Shown: positions 10,241 to 20,096 of the stretch, piece after piece | Layout of the letters: the number at the start of each line of letters is the position of its first letter | How positions within the stretch are numbered: the first letter of the stretch is position 1 | Assembly (NCBI GenBank): GCA_964628285.1 | Contig: CAZVNP010000008.1 | Location: 4,611 to 68,610 of the forward strand | DNA: 64,000 nucleotides | Source: an uncultured Lentimicrobiaceae bacterium | GTDB taxonomy: Bacteria > Bacteroidota > Bacteroidia > Bacteroidales > JAGONC01 | Direction of reading: 5' to 3' | Notes under the pieces: model-generated | What the model was told of the DNA's origin: nothing | What the model saw: only the letters and a program-made list of their open reading frames with translations | Database searches by the model: none | Program-made: the position numbers and the translations under genes

Positions 10241-10248
10241 CAAAATTA
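10241..10248 (-). promoter_or_regulatory. Candidate -7 box (TAATTTTG on the minus strand) upstream of hslR
   Basis: Forward CAAAATTA is the reverse complement of TAnnTTTG. It lies 18 nt upstream of the hslR start and overlaps the der stop codon. Confidence 0.3.
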
Positions 10249-11550
10249 TTTGTTTCGGACAAAGATCTGCACGGGCACTCCTGTAAATTCAAAATGATCC
10301 CTTATCTTGTTTTCGAGAAATCGCTTGTACGGGTCTTTCACGTACTGAGGCAGATTACAGAAAAAAACAAATGCGGGATGCTTAGTCTTGAGTTGCGTGA
10401 TGTATTTGATTTTTATCTGCTTGCCTTTGGTCACTGGAGGCGGATTGTCACGAATGACCGGAAGAAGGAGCTCATTGAGCTGCGAAGTCGGTATCTTACG
10501 TTCCTTGTTCCGGTAAACCTGATGGCATAGATCCAGGGCTTTGTGTATCCGTTGCTTTCCGGGAATGGAAGTGAATACGACCGGTACGTCGGTGAAAGGG
10601 GCCGTTTTTTCCAGTATGCTGCGTTCAAACTGCCGGTGGGTGTGGGTGTCTTTGTCAATCAGATCCCACTTATTGACGAGGATCACCACACCCTTATTAT
10701 TCTTTTCGATGAGCCGGAAGATATTCAGATCCTGACTTTCAAAACCCTGTGTGGCGTCGACCATCAGCATGCATACGTCGCTGCTTTCGATGGAGCGGAT
10801 GGAACGCAGCACCGAGTAAAATTCGACATTCTCATGCACCTTGCCTTTTTTTCTCAGCCCGGCGGTGTCGGCCAGCAGGAAATCAAAGCCATAGCGGCGG
10901 TAGTGAACATAAATGGTATCCCTGGTTGTGCCTGGGACGGGCGTGACGATGTTTCGTTCCTTGCCGATGAGGGCATTGATGAATGATGATTTACCCACAT
11001 TCGGTCTTCCGACGACAGCATAACGGGGCAGCGCAGCCATTTCTTCGACGGTGCCGGCTTTGAACAGCCCGGCCACCTCATCTAAAAGCTCACCCGTTCC
11101 GCTGCCGTTGACGGATGATACGGGATGTAACTTGTCGAACCCGAGACGGTAAAAATCAGCCACGTCCTGGAGTCTTTCCGTGTTATCCACTTTATTCACC
11201 ACCAGGAAGACTTTCTTCTCCGATTTCCGCAACATATCGGCAACTTCGGCATCCAGAGGGGTGAGACCGTCCTTCACGTCGACCATGAACAGGATGGCAT
11301 CGGCCTCGTCGATAGCCAGTTCGACCTGTTTGCGTATCTCTGTCTCAAAAACATCATTGCTGCCGGTGACATAACCCCCGGTGTCAATCACGGAGAACTC
11401 GATGCCATTCCAGTCGGAGCGGCCGTAATGGCGGTCACGGGTCACACCGCTGGCCGCATCGACGATGGCCTGACGGCTCCCCGTCAGACGGTTGAACAGT
11501 GTCGATTTCCCTACATTGGGCCGGCCTACGATGGCTAAAATGTTTCCCAT
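10246..11550 (-). CDS. der: Ribosome-biogenesis GTPase Der (EngA), double GTPase domain
   Basis: Two P-loops (GRPNVGKST twice), DTGG and DTAG motifs, NKVD and NKWD motifs, and a C-terminal KH-like domain. Confidence 0.95.
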   Translation of the reverse strand: MGNILAIVGRPNVGKSTLFNRLTGSRQAIVDAASGVTRDRHYGRSDWNGIEFSVIDTGGYVTGSNDVFETEIRKQVELAIDEADAILFMVDVKDGLTPLDAEVADMLRKSEKKVFLVVNKVDNTERLQDVADFYRLGFDKLHPVSSVNGSGTGELLDEVAGLFKAGTVEEMAALPRYAVVGRPNVGKSSFINALIGKERNIVTPVPGTTRDTIYVHYRRYGFDFLLADTAGLRKKGKVHENVEFYSVLRSIRSIESSDVCMLMVDATQGFESQDLNIFRLIEKNNKGVVILVNKWDLIDKDTHTHRQFERSILEKTAPFTDVPVVFTSIPGKQRIHKALDLCHQVYRNKERKIPTSQLNELLLPVIRDNPPPVTKGKQIKIKYITQLKTKHPAFVFFCNLPQYVKDPYKRFLENKIRDHFEFTGVPVQIFVRNK

Positions 11551-11667
11551 GACGTTTGACAGGTTATTCGGAAAATGGCGTTGCCATGTGTTGGTAATGA
11601 ATGGTTTAATGAGACTGCAAAGATATACTTTATCAGTTGATTTTCACATGTGCTACGCGGGTCCCCG

Positions 11668-12546
11668 TCAAACTTCATAACCGAAACGCTTTAGTTGCGA
11701 GGGATTATCACGCCACTCTTTGCTCACCTTCACGGTGAGCTCAAGATATACCGGTTGACCGGTGAAGGCTTCAATGTCTTTACGTGCCTCTATGCCTACG
11801 TTTTTGACAGCCTGGCCACGATGCCCCAGGATGATGGCTTTTTGCGACTCCCGCGCCACATGAATGGTGGCTGCGATGTAGATATTTTTTTCTTTTTCCT
11901 TATAGGTTTCCACGGTCACCTCGGCTGAATAGGGCACCTCCCTGTGATAAGCCATGAAGATTTTTTCCCTGATGATCTCGGAGACAAAGAAACGCATCGA
12001 TTTGTCGGTGAGCTGGTCCTTGGGGAAATAAGGAGGCGATTCAGGCAGCTTGTCGAGGATGCGGGCCAGCAACGTGTCGAGATTAAACTTCAGAAGAGCC
12101 GAGACCGGAACGACATCGGCATGGGACGATAGCTCCTGCCACTGCTGTATCCTGGCTTTCACCGTTTCCTGATCCGACAGGTCGACCTTGTTGACGGCGA
12201 TGATGAGCGGGATGCCCGAATGATTGATCCTGTCGATGATATCTTTCTGCATCTCCTCATCCCGGACATCGGTGATATAAATAAACACATCCGCGTCGGT
12301 GAGGGCGCCGTCAATGGATTTCATCATCGCCTGATGGAGCCTGTATTTGGGTTTAATGATGCCGGGGGTGTCGGAATAGACGATCTGGAAATCCTCACCG
12401 TTGACGATGCCCATGATGCGGTGACGCGTCGTCTGTGCCTTGGGAGTGATGATCGACAGCCTTTCACCAACGAGGGCATTCATCAGTGTCGACTTGCCTG
12501 CATTGGGACGACCCAGTATATTGATGAAACCGGCCTTGTGCGTCAT
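11668..12546 (-). CDS. era: GTPase Era
   Basis: GRPNAGKSTL, DTPG and NKVD motifs, plus a C-terminal KH domain (VETYKEK...IIGHRGQAVKNVG). Confidence 0.95.
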   Translation of the reverse strand: MTHKAGFINILGRPNAGKSTLMNALVGERLSIITPKAQTTRHRIMGIVNGEDFQIVYSDTPGIIKPKYRLHQAMMKSIDGALTDADVFIYITDVRDEEMQKDIIDRINHSGIPLIIAVNKVDLSDQETVKARIQQWQELSSHADVVPVSALLKFNLDTLLARILDKLPESPPYFPKDQLTDKSMRFFVSEIIREKIFMAYHREVPYSAEVTVETYKEKEKNIYIAATIHVARESQKAIILGHRGQAVKNVGIEARKDIEAFTGQPVYLELTVKVSKEWRDNPSQLKRFGYEV

Positions 12547-12591
12547 TATGTTATTTTTTCTTAAAACCTTGCAGAAGCTCGAAAATAAGTA

Positions 12592-12599
12592 TACCTTTG
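12592..12599 (+). promoter_or_regulatory. -7 box TACCTTTG (with TTG at 12569-12571) for the tRNA gene
   Basis: Exact TAnnTTTG, about 43 nt upstream of the mature tRNA 5' end. A TTG lies 20 nt upstream, consistent with the -33 element. Confidence 0.45.
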
Positions 12600-12641
12600 C
12601 AACCCGTTATTGTCCGGCGAAATTACGAAATAATAAGATAT

Positions 12642-12713
<72 letters not shown>

Positions 12714-12721
12714 CAACGAAA

Positions 12722-12748
12722 CCCCGATGTCCAGCATCGGGGTTTTTT
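12722..12748 (+). terminator. Rho-independent terminator after the tRNA
   Basis: CCCCGATG (12722-12729), 5-nt loop, CATCGGGG (12735-12742), followed by TTTTTT (12743-12748). Confidence 0.75.
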
Positions 12749-12859
12749 GTAAAGTCCCTCTTCGAGGATCAACACTGTTAATCCTGTCACTCCTTCTGGT
12801 TGATTAGCCTTCAGATTTCGAAGCCGCTATTCGTCTATCCGACGTTTTATTTAGAGAGC

Positions 12860-13009
12860 GTATCAAAATAAAGTTTTTTTTATAAACCGCAAAGAGCGCA
12901 GAGGATGCGCAGAGAACGCCAAGGATTAAAGTACTGATTTTAAGTACTCTGCATACTCTGCGCTTCCTTTGGTAACTCTGCAGTTAACTAAAAAAGTCAG
13001 TTTTGATAC
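12860..13009. repeat. About 150-bp imperfect palindromic intergenic element with iterated GCGCAGAG/CTCTGC motifs
   Basis: Outer arms GTATCAAAA (12860-12868) and TTTTGATAC (13001-13009). Inner stem AGTAC/GTACT around 12935-12943. GCGCAGAG at 12896 and 12907. CTCTGC at 12947, 12956 and 12976. Confidence 0.6.
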
Positions 13010-13256
13010 AACCTCTTATTAAAAGATTAGTCTTAAACAATAAACAAAAATAAGGATGATGAAGTATTCTTCATTCACGTTCTCATTCAACATTTATGAT
13101 TCGCGTTCTGTGGTCTTTATTTGATATTCATTATTTCTTAATTGTTCCATTAAACGTGATCTGTTTCGAAGTTTCTAAATCCGTAATTAGGTATGAATTC
13201 TTCGGTTAAATAAAAAACCAATCTTGATATTACCCTTCGCAAAGAATTAACCTTCC

Positions 13257-14165
13257 ATGTCAACCGAATCCCCCAATCGCTTAACTTTATACTTCCCTTT
13301 TGAAGTGATCATTTTATCCGTTATGCCGTTTGATTTCGATCCTTATCCTTACGATGACCGGGACCTCCGGCAGCGGTTGGGGCAATTGCTTCCGGCCGGA
13401 CGACCGCCGGATGACAGGGATGTTCTTAAGAAGATCATTGGCCTGATCGATCTCACGACGCTCGAAGGGTCGGACACAGAGGAAAAGGTGGCAGGTTTGT
13501 GCCGCAAAGCACTGGATACAGAGGATCCCGGGCACAATATCCCCGCTGTGGCGGCCGTTTGTGTTTATCCGACTTTCGTGAGGATGGTCCGGCGAAAACT
13601 TGATGGTTCAGGCATTCGCACCGCTTCCGTTGCCGGTGCTTTTCCTTCGGGACAGGCGCCCCTGCATCTTAAACTGGAAGAGGTGAGGTATGCATTGGGC
13701 GAAGGAGCGGAAGAGATTGACATGGTGATGTCATACGGCAGGTTCCTGCAGCATGATGAGAACTATGTTTTTGATGAGATCGCACAGATAAAAGAAGCCT
13801 GTGGTGGGAGCGTTCTTAAGGTGATCCTGGAGACAGGCGGGCTGTCCACAACAGGCAACATCCGCCGGGCCACGGAGATAGCTCTCACCGCCGGTGCTGA
13901 TTTCATCAAAACCTCAACAGGCAAGATCAAACCGGCAGCGACATTACAGGCGGCACTGGTCATTCTTGATACCCTTGCGGAATATCATTCGAAAGGCGGC
14001 CGCCGGGCCGGTTTCAAGGCTGCCGGTGGCATCGCTGATTCGCTGCATGCATGGCAGTATGCCCTTCTCGCCTCGGCGATCATGGGGCGGGAATATATCG
14101 GCAAATCAACATTCAGGATAGGCGCCAGCAAACTTGTTGACGCTCTCCTGTCGGAAATGACATAA
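13257..14165 (+). CDS. deoC: Deoxyribose-phosphate aldolase (long form)
   Basis: IDLTTLEG, the FIKTSTGK Schiff-base lysine motif, and KAAGGI. The true start may be the internal Met at MPFDFDPYPYDD. Confidence 0.85.
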   Translation: MSTESPNRLTLYFPFEVIILSVMPFDFDPYPYDDRDLRQRLGQLLPAGRPPDDRDVLKKIIGLIDLTTLEGSDTEEKVAGLCRKALDTEDPGHNIPAVAAVCVYPTFVRMVRRKLDGSGIRTASVAGAFPSGQAPLHLKLEEVRYALGEGAEEIDMVMSYGRFLQHDENYVFDEIAQIKEACGGSVLKVILETGGLSTTGNIRRATEIALTAGADFIKTSTGKIKPAATLQAALVILDTLAEYHSKGGRRAGFKAAGGIADSLHAWQYALLASAIMGREYIGKSTFRIGASKLVDALLSEMT

Positions 14166-14194
14166 TAGCTTATGAACTTAATCATAACACTGAG

Positions 14195-14620
14195 ATGAAA
14201 AAGATCATACAAACGACAGCGGCCAGCCTTGTCTTGTTTATCTTAAGCATGTGGGGCTGCACCCTGGATACCAATTCCGACAATCTGGACCCGCGAGATG
14301 ACATCACGGGTCAGTGGACCTGTAACGATACACCGGCCCGCTCACCCTTGCTGACCTATCCCGTGATCATTGTCAAAGACACCCTCAGCGACTACGATGT
14401 GTACCTCGAAAACTTCGCTTTTATCGGTTTTGATGAGAAACCGCCGTACGGAACCCTGTCGGGCAACGTGATCACGATTCCTACTCAACAGATTTGTAAC
14501 GATAACAGTTGGACAGTGAGCGGGACAGGTACCATCGTCAACGACAACAGGATCGACTGGGAATATCAGATTAAGGTCGGAGGTGATAAAAACTCGTACA
14601 AAGCCGTGTTCACAAGGTAA
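14195..14620 (+). CDS. Hypothetical lipoprotein
   Basis: Signal peptide with lipobox (LSMWGC). No recognised domain. Confidence 0.5.
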   Translation: MKKIIQTTAASLVLFILSMWGCTLDTNSDNLDPRDDITGQWTCNDTPARSPLLTYPVIIVKDTLSDYDVYLENFAFIGFDEKPPYGTLSGNVITIPTQQICNDNSWTVSGTGTIVNDNRIDWEYQIKVGGDKNSYKAVFTR

Positions 14621-14635
14621 ACGAGGGGAATTGTG

Positions 14636-15007
14636 TCAGCGTTTCACCGAATCCTGTATCACTTCGCTCTGAAGCTTGCTTAACCTGGTGATGACCTCTT
14701 CATACATCTTATCAAAATCTTCCATATCATGCTGGTAATACTTCAGGTTCTCCTCGAAGTCCTCACGCGTGATGCCGTATTTTTTAAAGACACTGTCGTA
14801 ATAAACCGATGAATAGCTATAGGGATCCTCTTTTCTGACCGGATTGATTTTAAAGGAGGCTTCAACCAGGTGGATATCCACTAATATCGAGATCATCTCA
14901 TCCCTCGGGATAAGATGAGGAGGAGGCTGTATTTTGTTTTCCTGATCTGTATGCCCGCAACCCATGAGAATCATGAGAAGGATCAGGACGATGTTTTTCC
15001 TCATCAC
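14636..15007 (-). CDS. Small lipoprotein (DUF4296-like)
   Basis: Lipobox LMGCG. The IPRDEMISILVDIHLVEA segment resembles the DUF4296 family as I recall it. There is a 4-bp overlap with the upstream OmpH-like gene. Confidence 0.5.
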   Translation of the reverse strand: MMRKNIVLILLMILMGCGHTDQENKIQPPPHLIPRDEMISILVDIHLVEASFKINPVRKEDPYSYSSVYYDSVFKKYGITREDFEENLKYYQHDMEDFDKMYEEVITRLSKLQSEVIQDSVKR

Positions 15008-15639
15008 TTTTTACCGTACTTGATGTCGTATTCTTTGTTTAACCCGTCGATCACGGCATCGGTGATATCATATTTTTCATTCGTCAGAAAGATGTTGCCT
15101 GCCTTATTAAACCCCAGGATGTAATCATAACCATAGGGAATGTTATACCGTTTGAGGAAGTTGGTCAGGGTGTCGAGTAGCATCATATTGATATCCATCT
15201 CATTCTGACTGAGCTCGGCCGAATACTGGTCCTGCAGGGAATATATCTTCTGCTGTTCCTTCATGAGCTCTTCATATATCTCCTGGGCGCTCTGCTGTGA
15301 GAGGGCATTTTTATTGACCTGTTCCTGGAAATAATTGGCGTCCTTTTCAAATGCTTTCTGTTTCTGTGTTATCTCGGCCTGTAACGACTTGCTTTTGGCT
15401 TCCAGCTCGTTTTTCCTGATGATGGCCATTTTATAGTTAGCCAGAATGGAATCGGAATTCACATAGGCTATTTTCAGTGGCCGGCCCGGCTGAACGGTTT
15501 GGCTGCCTGTAACCTTTGTTTCCGGTGTTTTATGACCGAAGACGATGATGTACAGGATGACCAGTCCGATAAAAAGAACCACATTCACATACAGCAGCAC
15601 TTGCCCTGTCGGTTTTTTGTCTGGTTTGATCTCTTCCAT
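15004..15639 (-). CDS. OmpH/Skp-like periplasmic chaperone with N-terminal membrane anchor
   Basis: An N-terminal TM helix is followed by IAYVNSDSILANY... and a long coiled-coil rich in Q/E/K, ending ...YDYILGFNKAGNIF, which is the OmpH family pattern. Confidence 0.7.
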   Translation of the reverse strand: MEEIKPDKKPTGQVLLYVNVVLFIGLVILYIIVFGHKTPETKVTGSQTVQPGRPLKIAYVNSDSILANYKMAIIRKNELEAKSKSLQAEITQKQKAFEKDANYFQEQVNKNALSQQSAQEIYEELMKEQQKIYSLQDQYSAELSQNEMDINMMLLDTLTNFLKRYNIPYGYDYILGFNKAGNIFLTNEKYDITDAVIDGLNKEYDIKYGKK

Positions 15640-15723
15640 TTTTTATTCATTTAATGATTAAGATGCGGCAAGTTATAAAAATTCAGTGTGATGGAAATGC
15701 TGAATCAATGGTTGCCCTGAACA

Positions 15724-17925
15724 TCAGTTACCCAGGTCGGAGAGGAATTTTATCCTGATGAGCCGGACCTCTTCGGATGTGTATTCATCTTCGCCGAGTA
15801 TGGCCAGGGCTTTTTCTACCGAATCGCTCTCGGCTTCCCTGAAGTATTCGTAAATATCATCCTGATGGTAAGGATCCACGTATTCATCGATATAATAATT
15901 GATGTCGAGCTTGGTTCCCGATGAGACAATGCTCTCGACCTCCGTCAGGAGATCGTCGAAGCTCAGGTTCTTGGAGTAAGCGATGTCTTCAAGGGATATC
16001 TTGCGGTCGATGTTTTGAATGATATAGACTTTCAACCCCGATTTATTAATGACTGACCGCACCACCATGTCATTGGGTCGCACGATCTCATTCTCTTCGA
16101 CATATTGCTTGATCAGGTTGGTGAAAGGTTTACCGTATTTCTGTGCTTTCCCTGCCCCCACACCGGTGATCTGACGTAATTCGTCCTCGGTGATGGGGTA
16201 CTGTATGGCCATGTCTTCCAGGGACGGATCCTGGAAGATGACAAAAGGTGGCAGGTTTTCCTTGCGTGAGATCTCTTTCCTGAGATCTCTCAGAAGGGCG
16301 AACAAGGTTTTATCGGTCGTGCTGGTTTTATGAATGCTTTCACCAAGAAATTCTTCCTCTTCCTCCATATGATCATAGTCATGATCTTTTGACAGGAGAA
16401 TGGAATATGGATTCTCAATGAATTTCCGACCCTCGGGCGTAATTTTAAGGATGCCGTAGTTTTCGATGTCCTTATTCAGCAAGCCCTCGATAAGTGTCTG
16501 GCGGATGACGGCATTCCACAGTTTCTCATCTTCATTTTCACCTTTGCCGAACACTTCCAGCTTATTGTGCTTGTATGATTTAATAGTGGCTGTTCCCTTG
16601 CCAAGGAGGATATTGACGATGTGTTTGGGTTTGAAGAGCTGTTTTGTGGCCAGCACGGCCTCGAGCACCAGCTTGACATAATCCTTGCCTTCGAAGCGTT
16701 GTTTGGGATGGAGGCAGTTGTCGCAGGCCCCGCAGTTGTCCTGGGGATAGCTCTCACCGAAGTAGTGCAGGAGCAGCTTATGCCGGCAGATGGATGATTC
16801 GGCATAGGCCACCACCTCGTGAAGCAGCTGCTTACCTATCTCCTCCTCGGCGACAGGCTTGTCTTTCATGAATTTTTCCAGCTTCAGGATATCATCATAG
16901 CTGTAAAAAGCAATGCAGTTGCCTTCACCGTCATCACGTCCCGAACGGCCTGTCTCCTGATAGTATCCTTCAATGCTCTTGGGCATGTCGTGATGGATGA
17001 CGAAACGGATATCAGGCTTGTCTATGCCCATACCGAAAGCAATGGTGGCCACAATGATGTCGACCTCTTCCATCAGGAATCTATCCTGGTTGTTGCGGCG
17101 CGTCGCGGCATCCAGACCGGCATGATAGGGCAGGGCTTTGATACCGTTCACCTGAAAGGTCTCCGCCAGTTCCTCCACTTTTTTGCGACTCAGACAGTAT
17201 ACGATACCTGACTTGCCCTGGTTCATCTTGATGTACTTGATGATGTCCTTGACGACATTGCTGGTCTTGGGACGCACTTCATAATACAGATTAGGCCTGT
17301 CGAAAGAAGACTTAAAAATCGTCGCATCCTGAATGTTGAGGTTTTTCTGAATATCCTGCTGCACCTTGACGGTAGCTGTGGCTGTGAGGGCGATCACGGG
17401 GACATGCTGCCCGATGCTCTCAATGATAGGCCTTATCCGGCGATACTCCGGCCTGAAATCATGTCCCCATTCCGAAATGCAATGAGCTTCATCAATGGCA
17501 TAAAATGAAATGATGATATCTTTCAGGAAATCGACATTCTCTTCCTTGGTCAGTGACTCCGGCGCGACGTATAATAATTTGGTCTTGCCCTCTTTCAGGT
17601 CTTTCTTAACCTGCATGATCTCCGGCCGTGACAGTGAGGAATTGAGGAAATGGGCGATGCCCGTGTCCACACCGAAATTACGGATGGAGTCAACCTGGTT
17701 TTTCATTAATGCAATTAGGGGTGAGATGACAATAGCTGTTCCCTTGCTGATTAATGAGGGAAGCTGGTAGCATAATGACTTGCCGCCACCGGTAGGCATG
17801 ATTACAAACGTATCCTTCCCCTCTAAAAGATTTTTAATAATTACTTCCTGGTTCCCTTTAAAGGAGTTAAATCCAAAAAACTGTTTCAACATCGCATGCA
17901 GCGATGTTCCTTCCCTTGCAGCCAT
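15724..17925 (-). CDS. recQ: ATP-dependent DNA helicase RecQ
   Basis: FGFNSFKGNQ, PTGGGKSLCYQLP, DEAHCISEWGHDFRP, a Zn-binding CDNC motif, and a C-terminal HRDC region. Confidence 0.95.
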   Translation of the reverse strand: MAAREGTSLHAMLKQFFGFNSFKGNQEVIIKNLLEGKDTFVIMPTGGGKSLCYQLPSLISKGTAIVISPLIALMKNQVDSIRNFGVDTGIAHFLNSSLSRPEIMQVKKDLKEGKTKLLYVAPESLTKEENVDFLKDIIISFYAIDEAHCISEWGHDFRPEYRRIRPIIESIGQHVPVIALTATATVKVQQDIQKNLNIQDATIFKSSFDRPNLYYEVRPKTSNVVKDIIKYIKMNQGKSGIVYCLSRKKVEELAETFQVNGIKALPYHAGLDAATRRNNQDRFLMEEVDIIVATIAFGMGIDKPDIRFVIHHDMPKSIEGYYQETGRSGRDDGEGNCIAFYSYDDILKLEKFMKDKPVAEEEIGKQLLHEVVAYAESSICRHKLLLHYFGESYPQDNCGACDNCLHPKQRFEGKDYVKLVLEAVLATKQLFKPKHIVNILLGKGTATIKSYKHNKLEVFGKGENEDEKLWNAVIRQTLIEGLLNKDIENYGILKITPEGRKFIENPYSILLSKDHDYDHMEEEEEFLGESIHKTSTTDKTLFALLRDLRKEISRKENLPPFVIFQDPSLEDMAIQYPITEDELRQITGVGAGKAQKYGKPFTNLIKQYVEENEIVRPNDMVVRSVINKSGLKVYIIQNIDRKISLEDIAYSKNLSFDDLLTEVESIVSSGTKLDINYYIDEYVDPYHQDDIYEYFREAESDSVEKALAILGEDEYTSEEVRLIRIKFLSDLGN

Positions 17926-18261
17926 TCAGTGTTGTATTTACACATGACCATGTCTTGACAAATAGTTAAAATGGATTTGTATGGACTGGTCTTACTCTTC
18001 TGTTTTTAATATTTCAATTTTTGATATCTCTGTTATCTCTATACACAAATATATAAAAAATAAAACTCATTTTCAAAGAAATTTATCTTTCTTAAAAAAT
18101 GTTAAAATTAACCAAATAATTGATTGTCATCAAGATAAATAAAAAACGACTAATAAAAAAATTGTTACCGGAATAACAGTAAATTTGATCCAATGGCGGT
18201 GTCAATATTAAATCGATGACCGGGACGTTATTTAACCGCGTATTGAGTCGTCAGATCATTG

Positions 18262-18269
18262 TATCTTTG
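18262..18269 (+). promoter_or_regulatory. -7 box TATCTTTG upstream of kdsD
   Basis: Exact TAnnTTTG, 37 nt upstream of GTG 18306. Confidence 0.4.
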
Positions 18270-18305
18270 CATGGCGACCGGTGACAATAATAAACGGTTA
18301 CTGCT

Positions 18306-19271
18306 GTGAAATCTTTCGATGAAATTAAAAAAATAGCTCTCCGTACCATCCAGGATGAAACGGAGGCGATCGGGAACCTCGCCGGCTCTATCGATAATGA
18401 TTTTATCAGAAGTGTGGAGTTGATACTCCATGCAACGGGGCGTATCATTGTGACGGGCATAGGCAAAAGCGCCAATATTGCGGCCAAGATCGTGTCAACC
18501 CTGAATTCTACGGGGACACAGGCCATTTTTATGCATGCCGCCGATGCCATTCATGGCGATCTGGGCATGATCAGGGACAATGATATCATCATTTGTGTGT
18601 CGAAAAGCGGCAGCACCCCTGAGATCAAGGTGCTCGTGCCGTTGATCAGGTTGCTTGGTAATAAAATCATTGCTCTGGTGGGCAACACGGAGTCGTACCT
18701 GGCTAAACAGGCCGATCTCGTCATCAACGCGTCGGTAGGGAAGGAAGCCTGCCCCAATAATCTGGTTCCCACTTCCAGCACCACCGCCCAGCTGGTGATG
18801 GGTGATGCCCTGGCCGTATGCCTGCTCGAATGCAAAGGTTTTTCCGTGGATGACTTTGCACGCTTTCATCCCGGCGGATCTCTGGGCAAACGTCTTTATC
18901 TCCGCGTGGCCGATCTTTATATTCATAATGAGGTGCCCAAAGTGGACATTAATGAGAGCATCAACAATACGATCCTGGAGATCTCTTCCAAACGCCTCGG
19001 AGCAACGGCAGTGATGAAAGACGGTCAACTGGCCGGAATCATCACCGATGGCGACCTGAGAAGGATGCTCCAGAAAAATATACCTTTGGACCAGCTCAAA
19101 GCCGGGGATATCATGTCGGTGAATCCCAAAACCATCGATAAGAACGTCCAGGTTGCCGATGCCCTTGATATCATGAGGAAAAACAACATCACCCAGCTGC
19201 TGGTCACCGATCATTCAACGTATGTTGGGGTCATCCATTTACATGATATCCTCAAGGAAGGTATCATATGA
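18306..19271 (+). CDS. kdsD: Arabinose-5-phosphate isomerase (KpsF/GutQ/KdsD family; SIS + tandem CBS)
   Basis: GIGKSANIAAKI and SKSGSTPE (SIS domain), GFSVDDFARFHPGG, and two CBS domains at the C-terminus. Confidence 0.9.
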   Translation: MKSFDEIKKIALRTIQDETEAIGNLAGSIDNDFIRSVELILHATGRIIVTGIGKSANIAAKIVSTLNSTGTQAIFMHAADAIHGDLGMIRDNDIIICVSKSGSTPEIKVLVPLIRLLGNKIIALVGNTESYLAKQADLVINASVGKEACPNNLVPTSSTTAQLVMGDALAVCLLECKGFSVDDFARFHPGGSLGKRLYLRVADLYIHNEVPKVDINESINNTILEISSKRLGATAVMKDGQLAGIITDGDLRRMLQKNIPLDQLKAGDIMSVNPKTIDKNVQVADALDIMRKNNITQLLVTDHSTYVGVIHLHDILKEGII

Positions 19272-19329
19272 TCACCGAATGAAAAAGCAACCTGAATAGC
19301 CGGTTGCTGTGAAAAGAAATGAGTTGTTA

Positions 19330-20055
19330 ATGAGTCTCCGAACAGAAAATATCTCCAAAAAATACAAGAAAAGAACGGTGGTCGATCGTGTCACCCTCGA
19401 GGTCGGCCAGGGTGAGATAGTGGGGTTGCTGGGTCCCAACGGCGCCGGTAAAACAACCTCCTTTTACATCATCGTCGGTCTGATCAAGCCTTATGCCGGC
19501 AAGGTCTTTCTCGATGACATCGAAATAACCAACATGCCGATGTACCGGCGGGCTCAGTTAGGGATAGGTTACCTGGCCCAGGAAGCTTCCGTGTTCAGAA
19601 AACTCACCGTGGAAGATAACCTGCGTGCCGTCCTGGAATTCACCCATCTGACCAAACCCGAGCAGAAAGAAAAACTCGAGTCGCTCATCGAGGAGTTTGG
19701 CCTTCAGCATGTCCGCAAAAGCACCGGCATCACGTTATCAGGCGGTGAACGCCGCAGAACGGAGATAGCACGCGCCCTCGCCGTCAATCCACGGTTCATC
19801 CTCCTCGATGAGCCTTTTGCCGGCGTCGATCCCATCGCTGTGGAAGACATACAGAACATCGTGGCGCATCTTAAAGATAAAAACATTGGCATCCTTATCA
19901 CCGACCATAATGTTCATGAAACCCTCTCGATCACCGACAGATCCTATCTGCTTTTCGAAGGGGCCATACTGAAATCCGGGACGTCGGAGGAACTGGCCCA
20001 TGACGAACATGTGCGTCGGGTATACTTGGGTGAAAAGTTTGAATTACGCAGGTAA
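19330..20055 (+). CDS. lptB: LPS export ABC transporter ATP-binding protein LptB
   Basis: GPNGAGKTT Walker [16 protein letters not shown] signature, [12 protein letters not shown] Walker B. It lies adjacent to kdsD. I chose ATG 19330 rather than the upstream GTG 19309. Confidence 0.9.
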   Translation: MSLRTENISKKYKKRTVVDRVTLEVGQGEIVGLLGPNGAGKTTSFYIIVGLIKPYAGKVFLDDIEITNMPMYRRAQLGIGYLAQEASVFRKLTVEDNLRAVLEFTHLTKPEQKEKLESLIEEFGLQHVRKSTGITLSGGERRRTEIARALAVNPRFILLDEPFAGVDPIAVEDIQNIVAHLKDKNIGILITDHNVHETLSITDRSYLLFEGAILKSGTSEELAHDEHVRRVYLGEKFELRR

Positions 20056-20096
20056 AGGATAAGGATTCGTTAACCCTGTCATCCCGTCAACCTTTA

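Noticed and set aside
12780-13256. The tRNA-adjacent 500-bp gap as a remnant integration (att) site of a mobile element.
   Set aside because: There is no integrase or any other mobile-element gene nearby. The only similarity to the tRNA 3' end (TTCGAAGCCGCT at about 12815 versus TTCGAATCC...CCGCT) is too short and gapped to call a direct repeat.
15724-17925. RecQ helicase as part of a defence island.
   Set aside because: It has full-length canonical RecQ architecture with housekeeping neighbours, and no nuclease, methylase or other defence partners.
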